The notes under the pieces were generated by a model. The model did no database searches. It had not been told where the DNA came from and saw nothing but the letters and a program-made list of their open reading frames with translations. A stretch of 64,000 nt of DNA from Legionellaceae bacterium (GTDB lineage Bacteria > Pseudomonadota > Gammaproteobacteria > Legionellales > Legionellaceae): assembly GCA_030157805.1 (NCBI GenBank), contig JAOAUB010000036.1, positions 2,108 to 66,107 of the forward strand, in the 5' to 3' direction. The position numbers and the translations under genes are program-made. Below are positions 19,818 through 28,972 of this stretch, in pieces. The number at the start of each line of letters is the position of its first letter. Positions within the stretch are counted from its first letter, which is position 1.

Positions 19818-21119
19818 ATGTTGTCTACTGTGAGTGAAAAAAACTATAAAATGATGGGTTGGTTAGTGTGTAGTCTTGCCGCCTTTTATTATTGTTATGA
19901 GTATTTATTGCGCATTACTCCCAGCGTGATGGAGGGGCCGTTGCGAGAGCATTTTAATCTTTCAGCAGCGGGTTTTGGTTTTTTGTCTGCTTTTTATTAT
20001 TACGCTTATGTGCCCTTGCAAATTCCTGTTGGGGTATTGTTAGATCGTTATGGTCCTCGATTATTATTGACGTTTGCCTGTTTGATATGTGTGATTGGTA
20101 CGTTCTTATTTGCGGGTACGTCGATTTTTTGGATTGCTGCTGTAGGACGTTTTTTAGTGGGCTTTGGTTCAGCATTTGCTTTTGTTGGCGTTCTGAAGTT
20201 AGCAACGATTTGGCTCCCTGAAGATAGATTAGCCATGGTTGCAGGCATGGCCTCGGCATTAGGAACTGTTGGTGCAATGCTTGGTGATAACCTCATGGGC
20301 TTTTTTGTTGAGCATGTTGGTTGGCGTCAAACGGTGGATTGGAGTGCCTATATTGGAGTTTTTCTGACCATCATTTTATGGTACGGCGTTCATGATCGAA
20401 AAAAATACCAGCGACACAGTGGAACCGTGTCCAGTTTTCGTAAAAGTATTATTGATTTATTAATCATTGCACGTAATCGGCAAACATGGATTAATGGATT
20501 AATTGGTTGTCTAATTTATCTTCCAACAACTGTTTTTGCAGAGCTTTGGGGAATTCCGTATTTAGAACATGCACATGGCTTGACGAATACATCGGCTGGA
20601 TTTGCAAATTCATTGATTTTCTTTGGCTTTATGGTTGGGGCGCCGCTCATGGGGTTTATTTCTGACCATATTAAGCGACGCAAACCACCGCTGCTTGTCG
20701 GGGCGAGTGGAGCGGCTCTTGTGATGATTGCTGTTTTATATTTGCCGGGATTAACAGAGCTCAATCTTGATGTGCTCTTATTTTTGCTCGGGTTATTTTA
20801 TAGTTCGCAGTGTATTGTATTTGCCGTGGGCCGTGAGTTAAGTCCTATGGAGGCGGGGGGGACTGCCATGGCTATGGTGAATATGATCGTTATGCTTGGA
20901 GCGATGTTTCTTCAACCTTTTGTCGGTCATCTTCTTGACTTTAGTTTGAAACTGCGTGCACCCGTAGGTATCATCCAGCATATTTCAGGCGATAAATTAC
21001 ATCAATTCTACACGCCTGTTGATTATCAATTTGCTTTGTCTGTGATTCCGTTGGGTATTATTTTGGCTGTTATTTTAACTTTCTTTTTGAAGGAAACTTA
21101 TGCCGACACAACAAATTAA
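19818..21119 (+). CDS. MFS transporter (Pht-like subfamily candidate)
   Basis: The ATG at 19818 is preceded by the SD AAGGAG (19809-19814). The protein has about 12 TM segments. The motifs YYYAYVPLQIPVGVLLDRYG and GFGSAFAFVG are shared with the downstream paralog. Confidence 0.8.
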   Translation: MLSTVSEKNYKMMGWLVCSLAAFYYCYEYLLRITPSVMEGPLREHFNLSAAGFGFLSAFYYYAYVPLQIPVGVLLDRYGPRLLLTFACLICVIGTFLFAGTSIFWIAAVGRFLVGFGSAFAFVGVLKLATIWLPEDRLAMVAGMASALGTVGAMLGDNLMGFFVEHVGWRQTVDWSAYIGVFLTIILWYGVHDRKKYQRHSGTVSSFRKSIIDLLIIARNRQTWINGLIGCLIYLPTTVFAELWGIPYLEHAHGLTNTSAGFANSLIFFGFMVGAPLMGFISDHIKRRKPPLLVGASGAALVMIAVLYLPGLTELNLDVLLFLLGLFYSSQCIVFAVGRELSPMEAGGTAMAMVNMIVMLGAMFLQPFVGHLLDFSLKLRAPVGIIQHISGDKLHQFYTPVDYQFALSVIPLGIILAVILTFFLKETYADTTN

Positions 21120-22380
21120 ATCATTAAGCACAAAACAGCTTTTGCATGGTAGTTTGATTTGTGCTGTAGGCGCTTTCTTTTATTGTTATGAGTTTGTATT
21201 ACGCATTATTCCGGGTGTTTTACAAAGTGAAATTAGTGCGGCATTTGGTCATGTTTCAGCAACAACGTTTGGGGGATTATCTGCTTTTTATTATTTTGCT
21301 TACTCCCCAATGCAATTACCTGTTGGAATGTTGATGGATCGATATGGTCCATGGCGTCTTCTCACCCTGGCTTGTTTGTGTTGCACCATAGGTTCGTGGA
21401 TGTTTATGGACACGGTTTCACTCACAGTGGCGAGTACCGGCCGTTTTTTTGTCGGGTTTGGTTCCTCCTTTGCTTTTGTTGGTGTTTTATCACTAGCTGT
21501 TCATTGGTTGCCTCGCCGTTATTTCTCTTTGGTTGCAGGTTTGATCACAACGCTTGCAATGCTTGGCTTGGTTTATGGTGAAGTGAGGATAACGGATATT
21601 TCTGAATCCATGGGATGGACACATGTTCTTTATTTGACCGTTATTATTGGTGCCTTATTAAGTTTCATTATTTTGTTTATTGTTCGAGATGGGCCACAGG
21701 GTTTTGTGACGCATAAAAATCCTTTGCCTGAGTTTTTTTCGAATGTGGTGCAGGTACTTATTTTACCGCAGGTTTGGTTAATTGGTTGTGTGGGAGCTTG
21801 TTTATATACCTCACTTTCAGTTTTTGGAGAGTTATGGGGCAAGAACTATTTAGAATTAGCTCATAATTTAACTAAAACTGAGGCTGCACAAACTATATCA
21901 GCCATGTTTATGGGTTGGGCTGTTGGCGCTCCTATCGCGGGATACTTTTCTGATAAAACAGGACGGCGTGTTTTTCCCCTCGTTTTTGGTGCAATCATGG
22001 CTTTAATTTGCATCAGTATTGTTCTGTACTATCCTGGTTTATCTCATACCTCGCTTATTTTGCTTTTATTTTTTTATGGGGTATTCAGTGCGACCGAAAT
22101 TATTGTTTTTGTGATGGGTAAAGAAAGCAGTGATGCAAAATTGTCAGGAACAGCTTTTGCTGCTATCAATATGATTGTGACTTTAGGTGGAGTTGTATTT
22201 CAACCTTTGGTAGGAAAATTATTGGATACTTTTGTGAACATCAGCGTTCCCGGAACCCAAGCTATTTATACCGTGTTAGATTATCAATTAGCCTTGTCTG
22301 TGTTGCCCATTTCGTTATTGTTGGTGACAATTTTGGCTTTTTTTTTGAGGGATAGGCCGCTCTCAAAATGCTCAAAATGA
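21100..22380 (+). CDS. MFS transporter, tandem paralog
   Basis: The start overlaps the upstream MFS gene by 20 nt. The motifs are YYFAYSPMQLPVGMLMDRYG and GFGSSFAFVG. The architecture matches 19818-21119. Confidence 0.8.
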   Translation: MPTQQIKSLSTKQLLHGSLICAVGAFFYCYEFVLRIIPGVLQSEISAAFGHVSATTFGGLSAFYYFAYSPMQLPVGMLMDRYGPWRLLTLACLCCTIGSWMFMDTVSLTVASTGRFFVGFGSSFAFVGVLSLAVHWLPRRYFSLVAGLITTLAMLGLVYGEVRITDISESMGWTHVLYLTVIIGALLSFIILFIVRDGPQGFVTHKNPLPEFFSNVVQVLILPQVWLIGCVGACLYTSLSVFGELWGKNYLELAHNLTKTEAAQTISAMFMGWAVGAPIAGYFSDKTGRRVFPLVFGAIMALICISIVLYYPGLSHTSLILLLFFYGVFSATEIIVFVMGKESSDAKLSGTAFAAINMIVTLGGVVFQPLVGKLLDTFVNISVPGTQAIYTVLDYQLALSVLPISLLLVTILAFFLRDRPLSKCSK

Positions 22381-22386
22381 TTCCAA

Positions 22387-23205
22387 TCATTTAAAGATTG
22401 CGATAAGTTCTTGCACGCTTTTTCGTTCAGAGGCCTTACAACTAATTAGGCGTTTTACGGGAAAAGAAATCAGCGTGGCTTGTTGATACTGAGCGCGTGT
22501 GAACTCGGTATCATGGTTAGAAATAATAACAGTGATACCTTTGTTAGCGGTGTTGATTGCAAGCTTTGCAAGTGCAATTTGGTCGGCTTCACTGAAAATC
22601 TTTTTAGTGTAAGCTGAAAAATAGGCACTTTCTGATAAGGGAACATAGGGCGGATCACAGTAAATTACATCACCAGGTTTCGCTAAAGCGAATGTTTTAC
22701 GAAAATCAGCCTGTATAAATTTAGCATGTTGACAGTGTTTATGAAACTCAAGCATTTCTTTGGCAGGGAAGTAAGGCTTTATGTATCGTCCAAAGGGAAC
22801 ATTAAATTGGCCATGTTGATTATAACGGCAGAGCCCATTATACCCATGTCGATTTAAATAAAGAAAAAAAGCCGCACGTGACCTTGTTTGATGAGTTTGA
22901 GTGCTGCTATTAAAAAGTGTTCTTATTTGATAAAAATAAGATTCATTATTGCTCTGTTCCGAAAAATAAGGAGCACAGTAGTCAATAAATGAAATACCTT
23001 CCTTTTTAATAAATTGATACAAGTTGACTAAATCATGATTTTGTTCGGCAAGTAAATATTGGGAATAGCTTGTATTTAAAAATACAGCCCCTGATCCGGT
23101 GAAAGGCTCGATAAGACGATTGGAGTGGGGTAATGAGCCAAGAATTTGCTCTAAACAACGATACTTGTTCCCTGCCCATTTTAAAAATGGTTTTTTTTTA
23201 TTCAT
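22387..23205 (-). CDS. dam: DNA adenine methyltransferase (Dam family)
   Basis: MNKKKPFLKWAGNKYRCLEQI aligns with the E. coli Dam N-terminus (MKKNRAFLKWAGGKY). The FxGxG-type motif EPFTGSGAV and the catalytic DPPY (IYCDPPYVP) are present. An alternative upstream ATG lies at 23229. No restriction endonuclease gene is adjacent. Confidence 0.85.
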   Translation of the reverse strand: MNKKKPFLKWAGNKYRCLEQILGSLPHSNRLIEPFTGSGAVFLNTSYSQYLLAEQNHDLVNLYQFIKKEGISFIDYCAPYFSEQSNNESYFYQIRTLFNSSTQTHQTRSRAAFFLYLNRHGYNGLCRYNQHGQFNVPFGRYIKPYFPAKEMLEFHKHCQHAKFIQADFRKTFALAKPGDVIYCDPPYVPLSESAYFSAYTKKIFSEADQIALAKLAINTANKGITVIISNHDTEFTRAQYQQATLISFPVKRLISCKASERKSVQELIAIFK

Positions 23206-23376
23206 AATATCATCAAGTTTTAATTGCATTAAGACAGACGAAGTGACCTCGACTGCGTCGATCTTTTTTATTTTACGGTTGTTGTACTTTTTCTATAGTA
23301 TATAGGAGCAACGTTGAAATCGCTTGCCGTTTTTGCAATTTATGACATTTGCTTGTAATTCGCCTGCCCTGATTTG

Positions 23377-23708
23377 TCGGACACCTCGCTAAGAGAGTAA
23401 AATCTGTTAGTAGAGCTCAATGTGAGTATAGAACGACTATGGAAGGTAATGAATGAAAATGTTAAAAATAATGTATTTTTTAAATTCGTAAAGTATTTTA
23501 AAAAAATCGATATGTAAATTTTTTGATGAAACCATTTCAGAAATGCCCCCCTCACTTCGTGGACGAATTAATGATAATTTTCAAACGATAAAACCAGTAC
23601 CTTCAGATTGAATGGGTCTATTGCGATCGCAAACGGCTTAATTCGACAATTGGTTACAAAATACCTGAGTTGTTCGAAGTTAAAATGGTCGCTTAGCAAA
23701 GTGTCCGA
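23377..23708. mobile_element. Internally deleted IS remnant bounded by 17-bp imperfect terminal inverted repeats
   Basis: IRL is TCGGACACCTCGCTAAG (23377-23393). IRR is CTTAGCAAAGTGTCCGA (23692-23708), whose reverse complement is TCGGACACTTTGCTAAG, giving 15/17 identity. The interior is AT-rich and holds only a transposase C-terminal fragment whose stop codon lies inside IRR. Confidence 0.55.
23607..23696 (+). pseudogene. C-terminal fragment of a DDE/rve-type transposase (IS3/IS481-like)
   Basis: The fragment translates as IEWVYCDRKRLNSTIGYKIPELFEVKMVA*. This matches the conserved rve C-terminal signature YIExFYNRxRxHSxLGYxSPxxFE. An in-frame stop (TAA, 23589-23591) lies immediately upstream, so only about 30 codons survive. 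Confidence 0.55.
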
Positions 23709-23723
23709 TGTTTTGGGGCAAGA

Positions 23724-24911
23724 TCAGATAGCCAATGTTAATAAATAGAATGCGACTACAATAATGATGCTCAGTAATATATTACCGCCGGGTACCAGGA
23801 TGATTCTTGTGTTGTTTTCTTCAGATAATCGTCCCCGCCAACTCATCACAGCAGGCATAAGCAGTAATAAAATAATGCAACAAACTCCTGCATAAGATAA
23901 GGCATGCAAGTAGATCCCTGGGTTGAATAGTACTATTCCCAGGGGGGGCAGAAAAGTAAGAGCTAATATAATTTTACCTTGCAAACCTGTTTTTTTGAGT
24001 TTGAAACCGTCAGCGAGAAAATCGAACAAACCCATAGAGACACCCAAAAAAGCCGTAATCATACAGATTGAACTAAAGAAATTAAAAAAACCAGTAATCC
24101 AACGATTATGAACCGCAGCACGGAGTGCATCAGTTAAGTCACTGGTCATATGTTTCGCTGTATTTAATGCAATTAAACCATGTTGTCCCTCCCGAGCGAC
24201 AACACCCATAATGACAGCATCCCAGACAATGTAACAGGTCAAAGGAATTAAAGAGCCAAATATAATAACGTTACGCAGAGCCACGATATCATCATTAAAG
24301 TATTCGCGTAAACTAGGCACAATGGAGGCAAAGCCAAAGGAGGTGATCAAAATCATTAAACTGCCTGTTATTGTTTTGACCGATCCTTCTCCTAATGCCG
24401 TAAAATGAACATAGGGGCTGATAATGAGAACTAACAACAAGTAAACGCCTAGTTTCCCAAACATGAAGCCGCGGTTAACATAATCTACCGCTTGAATTCC
24501 GCTATACACAACGAGGCTAAATAGACCTGTAAATAGGACGGACAGTAGCCAATCGGGTAAATTCAGATGAAGATGTTGTAATAAGCCATGAAGTACATCA
24601 CCTCCGCCAGAAATATAACCAGCAAGCAAAGTATAGAGTAGAAGAAGATAAGTAACCCAGGCAATAATTTGTCCTGGAAGACCTAAGGTTGATTTAGCCA
24701 TTGAAACCATATTACTACCAACGGGGAGTCGTATATTGACTTCAAGAACTAATAGAGCACCGATGGTCATGATGAACCAACAGAGCACGAGAAAGAGAAT
24801 CGAATTAGTAAATCCTGCAGAGGCGGTGGCAACCGGCAATGCAAGCATTCCGCCGCCAATGGAGGTTCCAACAATTAGTAATATTCCACCCAAGAGTTTA
24901 GGGTTTTTCAT
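23724..24911 (-). CDS. HAAAP-family aromatic amino acid (tyrosine-type) permease
   Basis: The N-terminus LLGGILLIVGTSIGGGMLALPVA is the TyrP/Mtr/TnaB family signature. The protein has about 11 TM segments. Confidence 0.85.
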   Translation of the reverse strand: MKNPKLLGGILLIVGTSIGGGMLALPVATASAGFTNSILFLVLCWFIMTIGALLVLEVNIRLPVGSNMVSMAKSTLGLPGQIIAWVTYLLLLYTLLAGYISGGGDVLHGLLQHLHLNLPDWLLSVLFTGLFSLVVYSGIQAVDYVNRGFMFGKLGVYLLLVLIISPYVHFTALGEGSVKTITGSLMILITSFGFASIVPSLREYFNDDIVALRNVIIFGSLIPLTCYIVWDAVIMGVVAREGQHGLIALNTAKHMTSDLTDALRAAVHNRWITGFFNFFSSICMITAFLGVSMGLFDFLADGFKLKKTGLQGKIILALTFLPPLGIVLFNPGIYLHALSYAGVCCIILLLLMPAVMSWRGRLSEENNTRIILVPGGNILLSIIIVVAFYLLTLAI

Positions 24912-25127
24912 CTACGGACCTTTGATTAAAAATAGTACAGGATCATTTTAAGATGCGATCAAAGCATTGTCAATTTTATTCATCATTTGGTTTGAAAAAT
25001 TGCAACTTAAACGATCAGCGTTTCGTGCTCCTGTCATGCCACCCCTGGTTAAGATTGAGATCTTTAAAATTAAATGTTGATGAGATACTCGTGATGTTTT
25101 TTGAGATGACGTTCTTGGAAATTGACA

Positions 25128-26312
25128 TTAAAAATTAAATAATGCATTGAATAATAAAATAAAAGAAAGGGCAATGATTATTAAAGCGGTTAATTGGCCA
25201 CCAGGAACATTATAAAGAGACGTGAATTTTTTTCGGCCGACAAGGCTCATGAGTGCCGGCAGCAGTAATAATAAAATAACACAAAAGATGCCTGCATAAT
25301 TTAAGGCGTAAATATAGGCGCCGGGGTAAAATAATACAAGCACCAATGGTGGTAGAAATGTGAGCAATATTAAACCTAATCCATCACGACCTTGGGGTGC
25401 AGTTTTGAGTCCATCAGCAAAAAAGCTGACTAGGCATAAAGAGACACCCAAAAAAGCAGTTAACATACAAATCGACGTGAAGGTATTAAATAACGTGGTT
25501 ACAATTTGGTTGTTGATGGTGTTGGTAAGAGTTAATGCTAATGAGCTGGTAGGGCGTGAAGCATGCATGAGTGCAGCAAGACCGTGTTCACCTTGTGTTG
25601 GCAAACTTCCTATAATGACCGCATCCCAAGCGATATAACATAATAAAGGAATAAAGGAGCCGATAAGCACAACCTGACGTAATGTCTTGATATCGTTATT
25701 AAAGTAGACTCTTAAGTTGGGCACAATAATGGCAAATCCAAATGAGGTTATTAAGATCATGACGGTACTGGTGATTAAGCGATAATTACCAGCTTCAAAA
25801 TAGTGCATGTTAGTATGGGGGGTAATCAAAATAACCAGCAATACATAAATGCCGAGTTTGCCAAACATTAAACCACGATTAACCAGATCAACGCTGTGAA
25901 TACCGCGATAAACAATTAATCCAAAGACGAATGTAAATAAAAGACTGGCTTGCCAAGCAGTTAAATGAATATTGAGGTAACTCGCTAGATTACCAAATAC
26001 ATCGGCTCCACCTGAAATATAAGCACAAAGCAAGGTGTATAGTAGAAAAAGATAACTTAGCCAGGCTATGACGAGACCTGGTGTTCCGAGCGTTGCGCCT
26101 GCCATAGAAATCATGTGATTTCCAGGGGGTAAATACAGAGTGACTTCTAATATAAATAGGGCGCCTAATGTCATCATTGCCCAACAGAGAAATAAAAATA
26201 GTGATGATTGCCAAAATCCAGTGCTGGCATTGGCAATAGGAAGAGCCAACATGCCGCCACCGATTGATGTACCAACAATAAGAAGGATTCCTCCAAGAAA
26301 TCGCGAGTTCAT
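25128..26312 (-). CDS. HAAAP-family aromatic amino acid (tyrosine-type) permease, tandem paralog
   Basis: FLGGILLIVGTSIGGGMLALPIA is present. The protein is colinear with the 23724-24911 product along its whole length. Confidence 0.85.
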   Translation of the reverse strand: MNSRFLGGILLIVGTSIGGGMLALPIANASTGFWQSSLFLFLCWAMMTLGALFILEVTLYLPPGNHMISMAGATLGTPGLVIAWLSYLFLLYTLLCAYISGGADVFGNLASYLNIHLTAWQASLLFTFVFGLIVYRGIHSVDLVNRGLMFGKLGIYVLLVILITPHTNMHYFEAGNYRLITSTVMILITSFGFAIIVPNLRVYFNNDIKTLRQVVLIGSFIPLLCYIAWDAVIIGSLPTQGEHGLAALMHASRPTSSLALTLTNTINNQIVTTLFNTFTSICMLTAFLGVSLCLVSFFADGLKTAPQGRDGLGLILLTFLPPLVLVLFYPGAYIYALNYAGIFCVILLLLLPALMSLVGRKKFTSLYNVPGGQLTALIIIALSFILLFNALFNF

Positions 26313-26318
26313 ATTAAT

Positions 26319-26918
26319 TTATTTATCCTCAAGGCAGCACACTCGAGGAGTGTTGGGGTCGTTGAACCATTGAATTTCTAAGCGCCTATTTTGAGCACTA
26401 CCGTGAATGAGATGGTTATCGGCAACAGCATATTTATCCCCATAACCCTCGGGATTTAAACGCTTTGCTTTTATTCCGTTAGCCCATAAGTAAGTAATCA
26501 TAGCCTCAGCTCGATCTTGCGTGAGCTCATTTTTTGAAAAACGTGATCCAACATTATCGGTAAAACCGGCCACATAGATAGTACTGTCAGGGTACTGTTT
26601 TAGTAGTTGTACAATATAAACAAGGCCGGGATAGCATAGCTCATTCAGTTGTGGACTATTAAAGACAAAATAACGATCCGTTGGAACAATAAGGGTTGAA
26701 GTATCTCCGTATTGTATAAATTGAATATCCTTGGCGCGTAATCGCTTGAGAAGGCTCACTTGAGTTCCAAGATACGCTTTGATAGGTGTTCCTTGAGCAC
26801 TCGGTGGTATGCCGTTATAGGGCTGAAAATTATTATAAGGAGGTTGATAGCAGCTTGTTAAAAACAATAATAAGAGACTTGTTATTCCTGCTTGCTGTAC
26901 AGCCTTGTAGACAGACAT
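26319..26918 (-). CDS. OmpA-family peptidoglycan-binding lipoprotein
   Basis: The start at 26918 is preceded by the SD AAGGAG. The lipobox is LLLFLTSC. The C-terminal OmpA-like domain reads VAGFTDNVGSRFSKNELTQDRAEAMITYL...NRRLEIQW. The gene ends 6 nt upstream of the first tyrP-like gene on the same strand. Confidence 0.8.
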   Translation of the reverse strand: MSVYKAVQQAGITSLLLLFLTSCYQPPYNNFQPYNGIPPSAQGTPIKAYLGTQVSLLKRLRAKDIQFIQYGDTSTLIVPTDRYFVFNSPQLNELCYPGLVYIVQLLKQYPDSTIYVAGFTDNVGSRFSKNELTQDRAEAMITYLWANGIKAKRLNPEGYGDKYAVADNHLIHGSAQNRRLEIQWFNDPNTPRVCCLEDK

Positions 26919-27055
26919 TCCCACTCCTTTTTTTAGACTAGCACTTATGTCATTATCCAGCATCCGTTATGATTTGGCAATTTTCTAACGTATCTCATAT
27001 CTAGAATAAATTTGCAGTTGAGGTTTATGTTTAGTTATAGTTAAACAAAGGCCTT

Positions 27056-28945
27056 ATGGTAAAGGATTCCATGTTTTATAAAAATAAGTTACCGCCCTTT
27101 ATTTTGGGAGCATTGGGGGTGGTGTATGGAGATATTGGCACAAGCCCACTGTATGCCATGCGTGAGACACTTGCAGGGCTTGCAATTAATGAGACTGATG
27201 TTTTGGGGGTGTTATCTTTAATTTTTTGGACATTAATTCTTGTTGTTTCCATTAAATACTTGGGGATTATTTTTTGCGCGGACAATGAAGGTGAAGGCGG
27301 AGTTTTTGCTTTATTGGCGTTATTAAAACAAAAGAACACAGTTCATCAGCGATTTTTATATCTTATCGCTATTTTTGGAGCTGGCCTTTTGGTTGGCGAC
27401 GGAATGTTAACCCCTGCTATTTCAGTGATGAGCGCTATTGAGGGGTTGGGAGTGATTTCACCGTCGTTGCAAAATAAGGTGATTTTTCTGTCGATATTGA
27501 TCTTAGGGTTATTGTTCGCAGTGCAATCAAAGGGTACTGGAATATTGGGCAATGCATTTGGTCCTTTAATTCTTATTTGGTTCATGACCATTGCGTTCTT
27601 AGGATTGATAAAAATCATTGAAAATCCGGTCGTGTTGTATGCTATTGATCCTTATTATGCCTATGAGTTTTTTCGTTGTAACGGAATGAAGTCTTATTTT
27701 CTATTAGGGGGGATATTTTTGGTGGTGACCGGTGGCGAAGCTTTGTATGCCGATATCGGCCATTTTGGCAAAACTCCTATTCGATACAGTTGGTTTCTTG
27801 TTGCTCTTCCATGCTTGTTATTCAATTATTTTGGCCAAGGTGCAAATTTACTGATGCATCCTGAACATATTAGTAATCCATTTTATATGATGTCGCCGTC
27901 GTGGTTTTATTTTCCTTTGCTTTTAATTGCGACCATTGCAACGGTCATTGCTTCTCAAGCGGTGATTTCGGCAACTTTTTCAATGACCAAACAAGCTGTG
28001 TTACTCGGTCTTTACCCGAGACTGCCTATTATTCAAACTTCATTAAAGCGACGTGGGCAGATTTATATTCCACAAGTGAATTTTTTTCTTTTTATAGGAA
28101 CTGTCATACTGATTTTGATGTTTGGAAGTTCAAGTCGTTTGACTCATGCCTATGGTATCGCAGTGAATGGTTTGATGCTAATGGTCACGGTGATGGTTGC
28201 TTATACTGCTCGAAAAGTATGGCATTGGTCACTTGCGTATACTTTGTTGGTGTTTGTTGGGTTTATTTTAGTTGATTTGCTTTTTCTTGGCGCGAATTTA
28301 GAGAAATTTAAAACAGGGGGCTGGCTTCCGGTTTGTTTTGCTTTGTTGGTTTGTTTTGTGATGTACACGTGGAGTCGTGGATTGCAGTATTTGAAAAGTA
28401 ACTTTTATTTGAAAGAAAAAGATATTTCAAAATTAGTTAGGCAATTAAATAATGACTCCTACTATCAACTTTCAGGATCAACAGCGATTTGTATTACCGA
28501 TCTTTATGATACCTGTGGAGGTAGTTTTTTGCGTTTTTTTCAGCTAAGTCAAGCTATTCCAGAGCATATTTTGATGGTGAATTATTTTGTTGAAAATGTG
28601 CCTCATGTGGCGTTGCAATCACGTTTTGAGTGGAAGGTCGTTGAGAATAGGCTGTATCAGCTCACGCTGCACTATGGATTTATGGATGATATTGCCATTC
28701 CATACGCGTTGCGTGTGATGAATGATAATCAATTACTTCCTTTTCGTGTGAATGTGGAGACAGCAACTTATTTAGTGGGAATCTCGAATATTATGGCTTC
28801 AAAAGAAAAACGGACCTTGATGTTCTTTTGGCAGGAAAAACTGTTTGAATTTTTAATGCGTAATTATTCGATGAATCTCAATATTGAGTTTTACAGCTTG
28901 CCACATGCTCGAACCATTGCTATTGGAAGTTATTGTCAAATTTAA
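27056..28945 (+). CDS. kup: KUP/HAK/KT potassium uptake protein
   Basis: The N-terminal signature GALGVVYGDIGTSPLYA is present. About 12 TM segments are followed by a cytoplasmic C-terminal domain. Alternative ATGs lie a few codons downstream of 27056. Confidence 0.9.
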   Translation: MVKDSMFYKNKLPPFILGALGVVYGDIGTSPLYAMRETLAGLAINETDVLGVLSLIFWTLILVVSIKYLGIIFCADNEGEGGVFALLALLKQKNTVHQRFLYLIAIFGAGLLVGDGMLTPAISVMSAIEGLGVISPSLQNKVIFLSILILGLLFAVQSKGTGILGNAFGPLILIWFMTIAFLGLIKIIENPVVLYAIDPYYAYEFFRCNGMKSYFLLGGIFLVVTGGEALYADIGHFGKTPIRYSWFLVALPCLLFNYFGQGANLLMHPEHISNPFYMMSPSWFYFPLLLIATIATVIASQAVISATFSMTKQAVLLGLYPRLPIIQTSLKRRGQIYIPQVNFFLFIGTVILILMFGSSSRLTHAYGIAVNGLMLMVTVMVAYTARKVWHWSLAYTLLVFVGFILVDLLFLGANLEKFKTGGWLPVCFALLVCFVMYTWSRGLQYLKSNFYLKEKDISKLVRQLNNDSYYQLSGSTAICITDLYDTCGGSFLRFFQLSQAIPEHILMVNYFVENVPHVALQSRFEWKVVENRLYQLTLHYGFMDDIAIPYALRVMNDNQLLPFRVNVETATYLVGISNIMASKEKRTLMFFWQEKLFEFLMRNYSMNLNIEFYSLPHARTIAIGSYCQI

Positions 28946-28972
28946 CACAACAATGGTAGGTATGTGACCTTC

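Noticed and set aside
23340-23555. A 71-aa minus-strand ORF inside the dam/tyrP spacer.
   Set aside because: It lies within the AT-rich interior of the IS remnant. Its composition is low-complexity and Phe/Lys/Ile/Ser-rich, it has no SD, and it has no recognisable motif. It is most likely a chance ORF in decayed DNA.
24953-25138. A 61-aa plus-strand ORF in the spacer between the two tyrP-like genes.
   Set aside because: It has no SD and no recognisable motif, and it lies opposite the likely promoter/terminator region of the permease genes. It overlaps the 3' end of the upstream permease ORF and is judged spurious.
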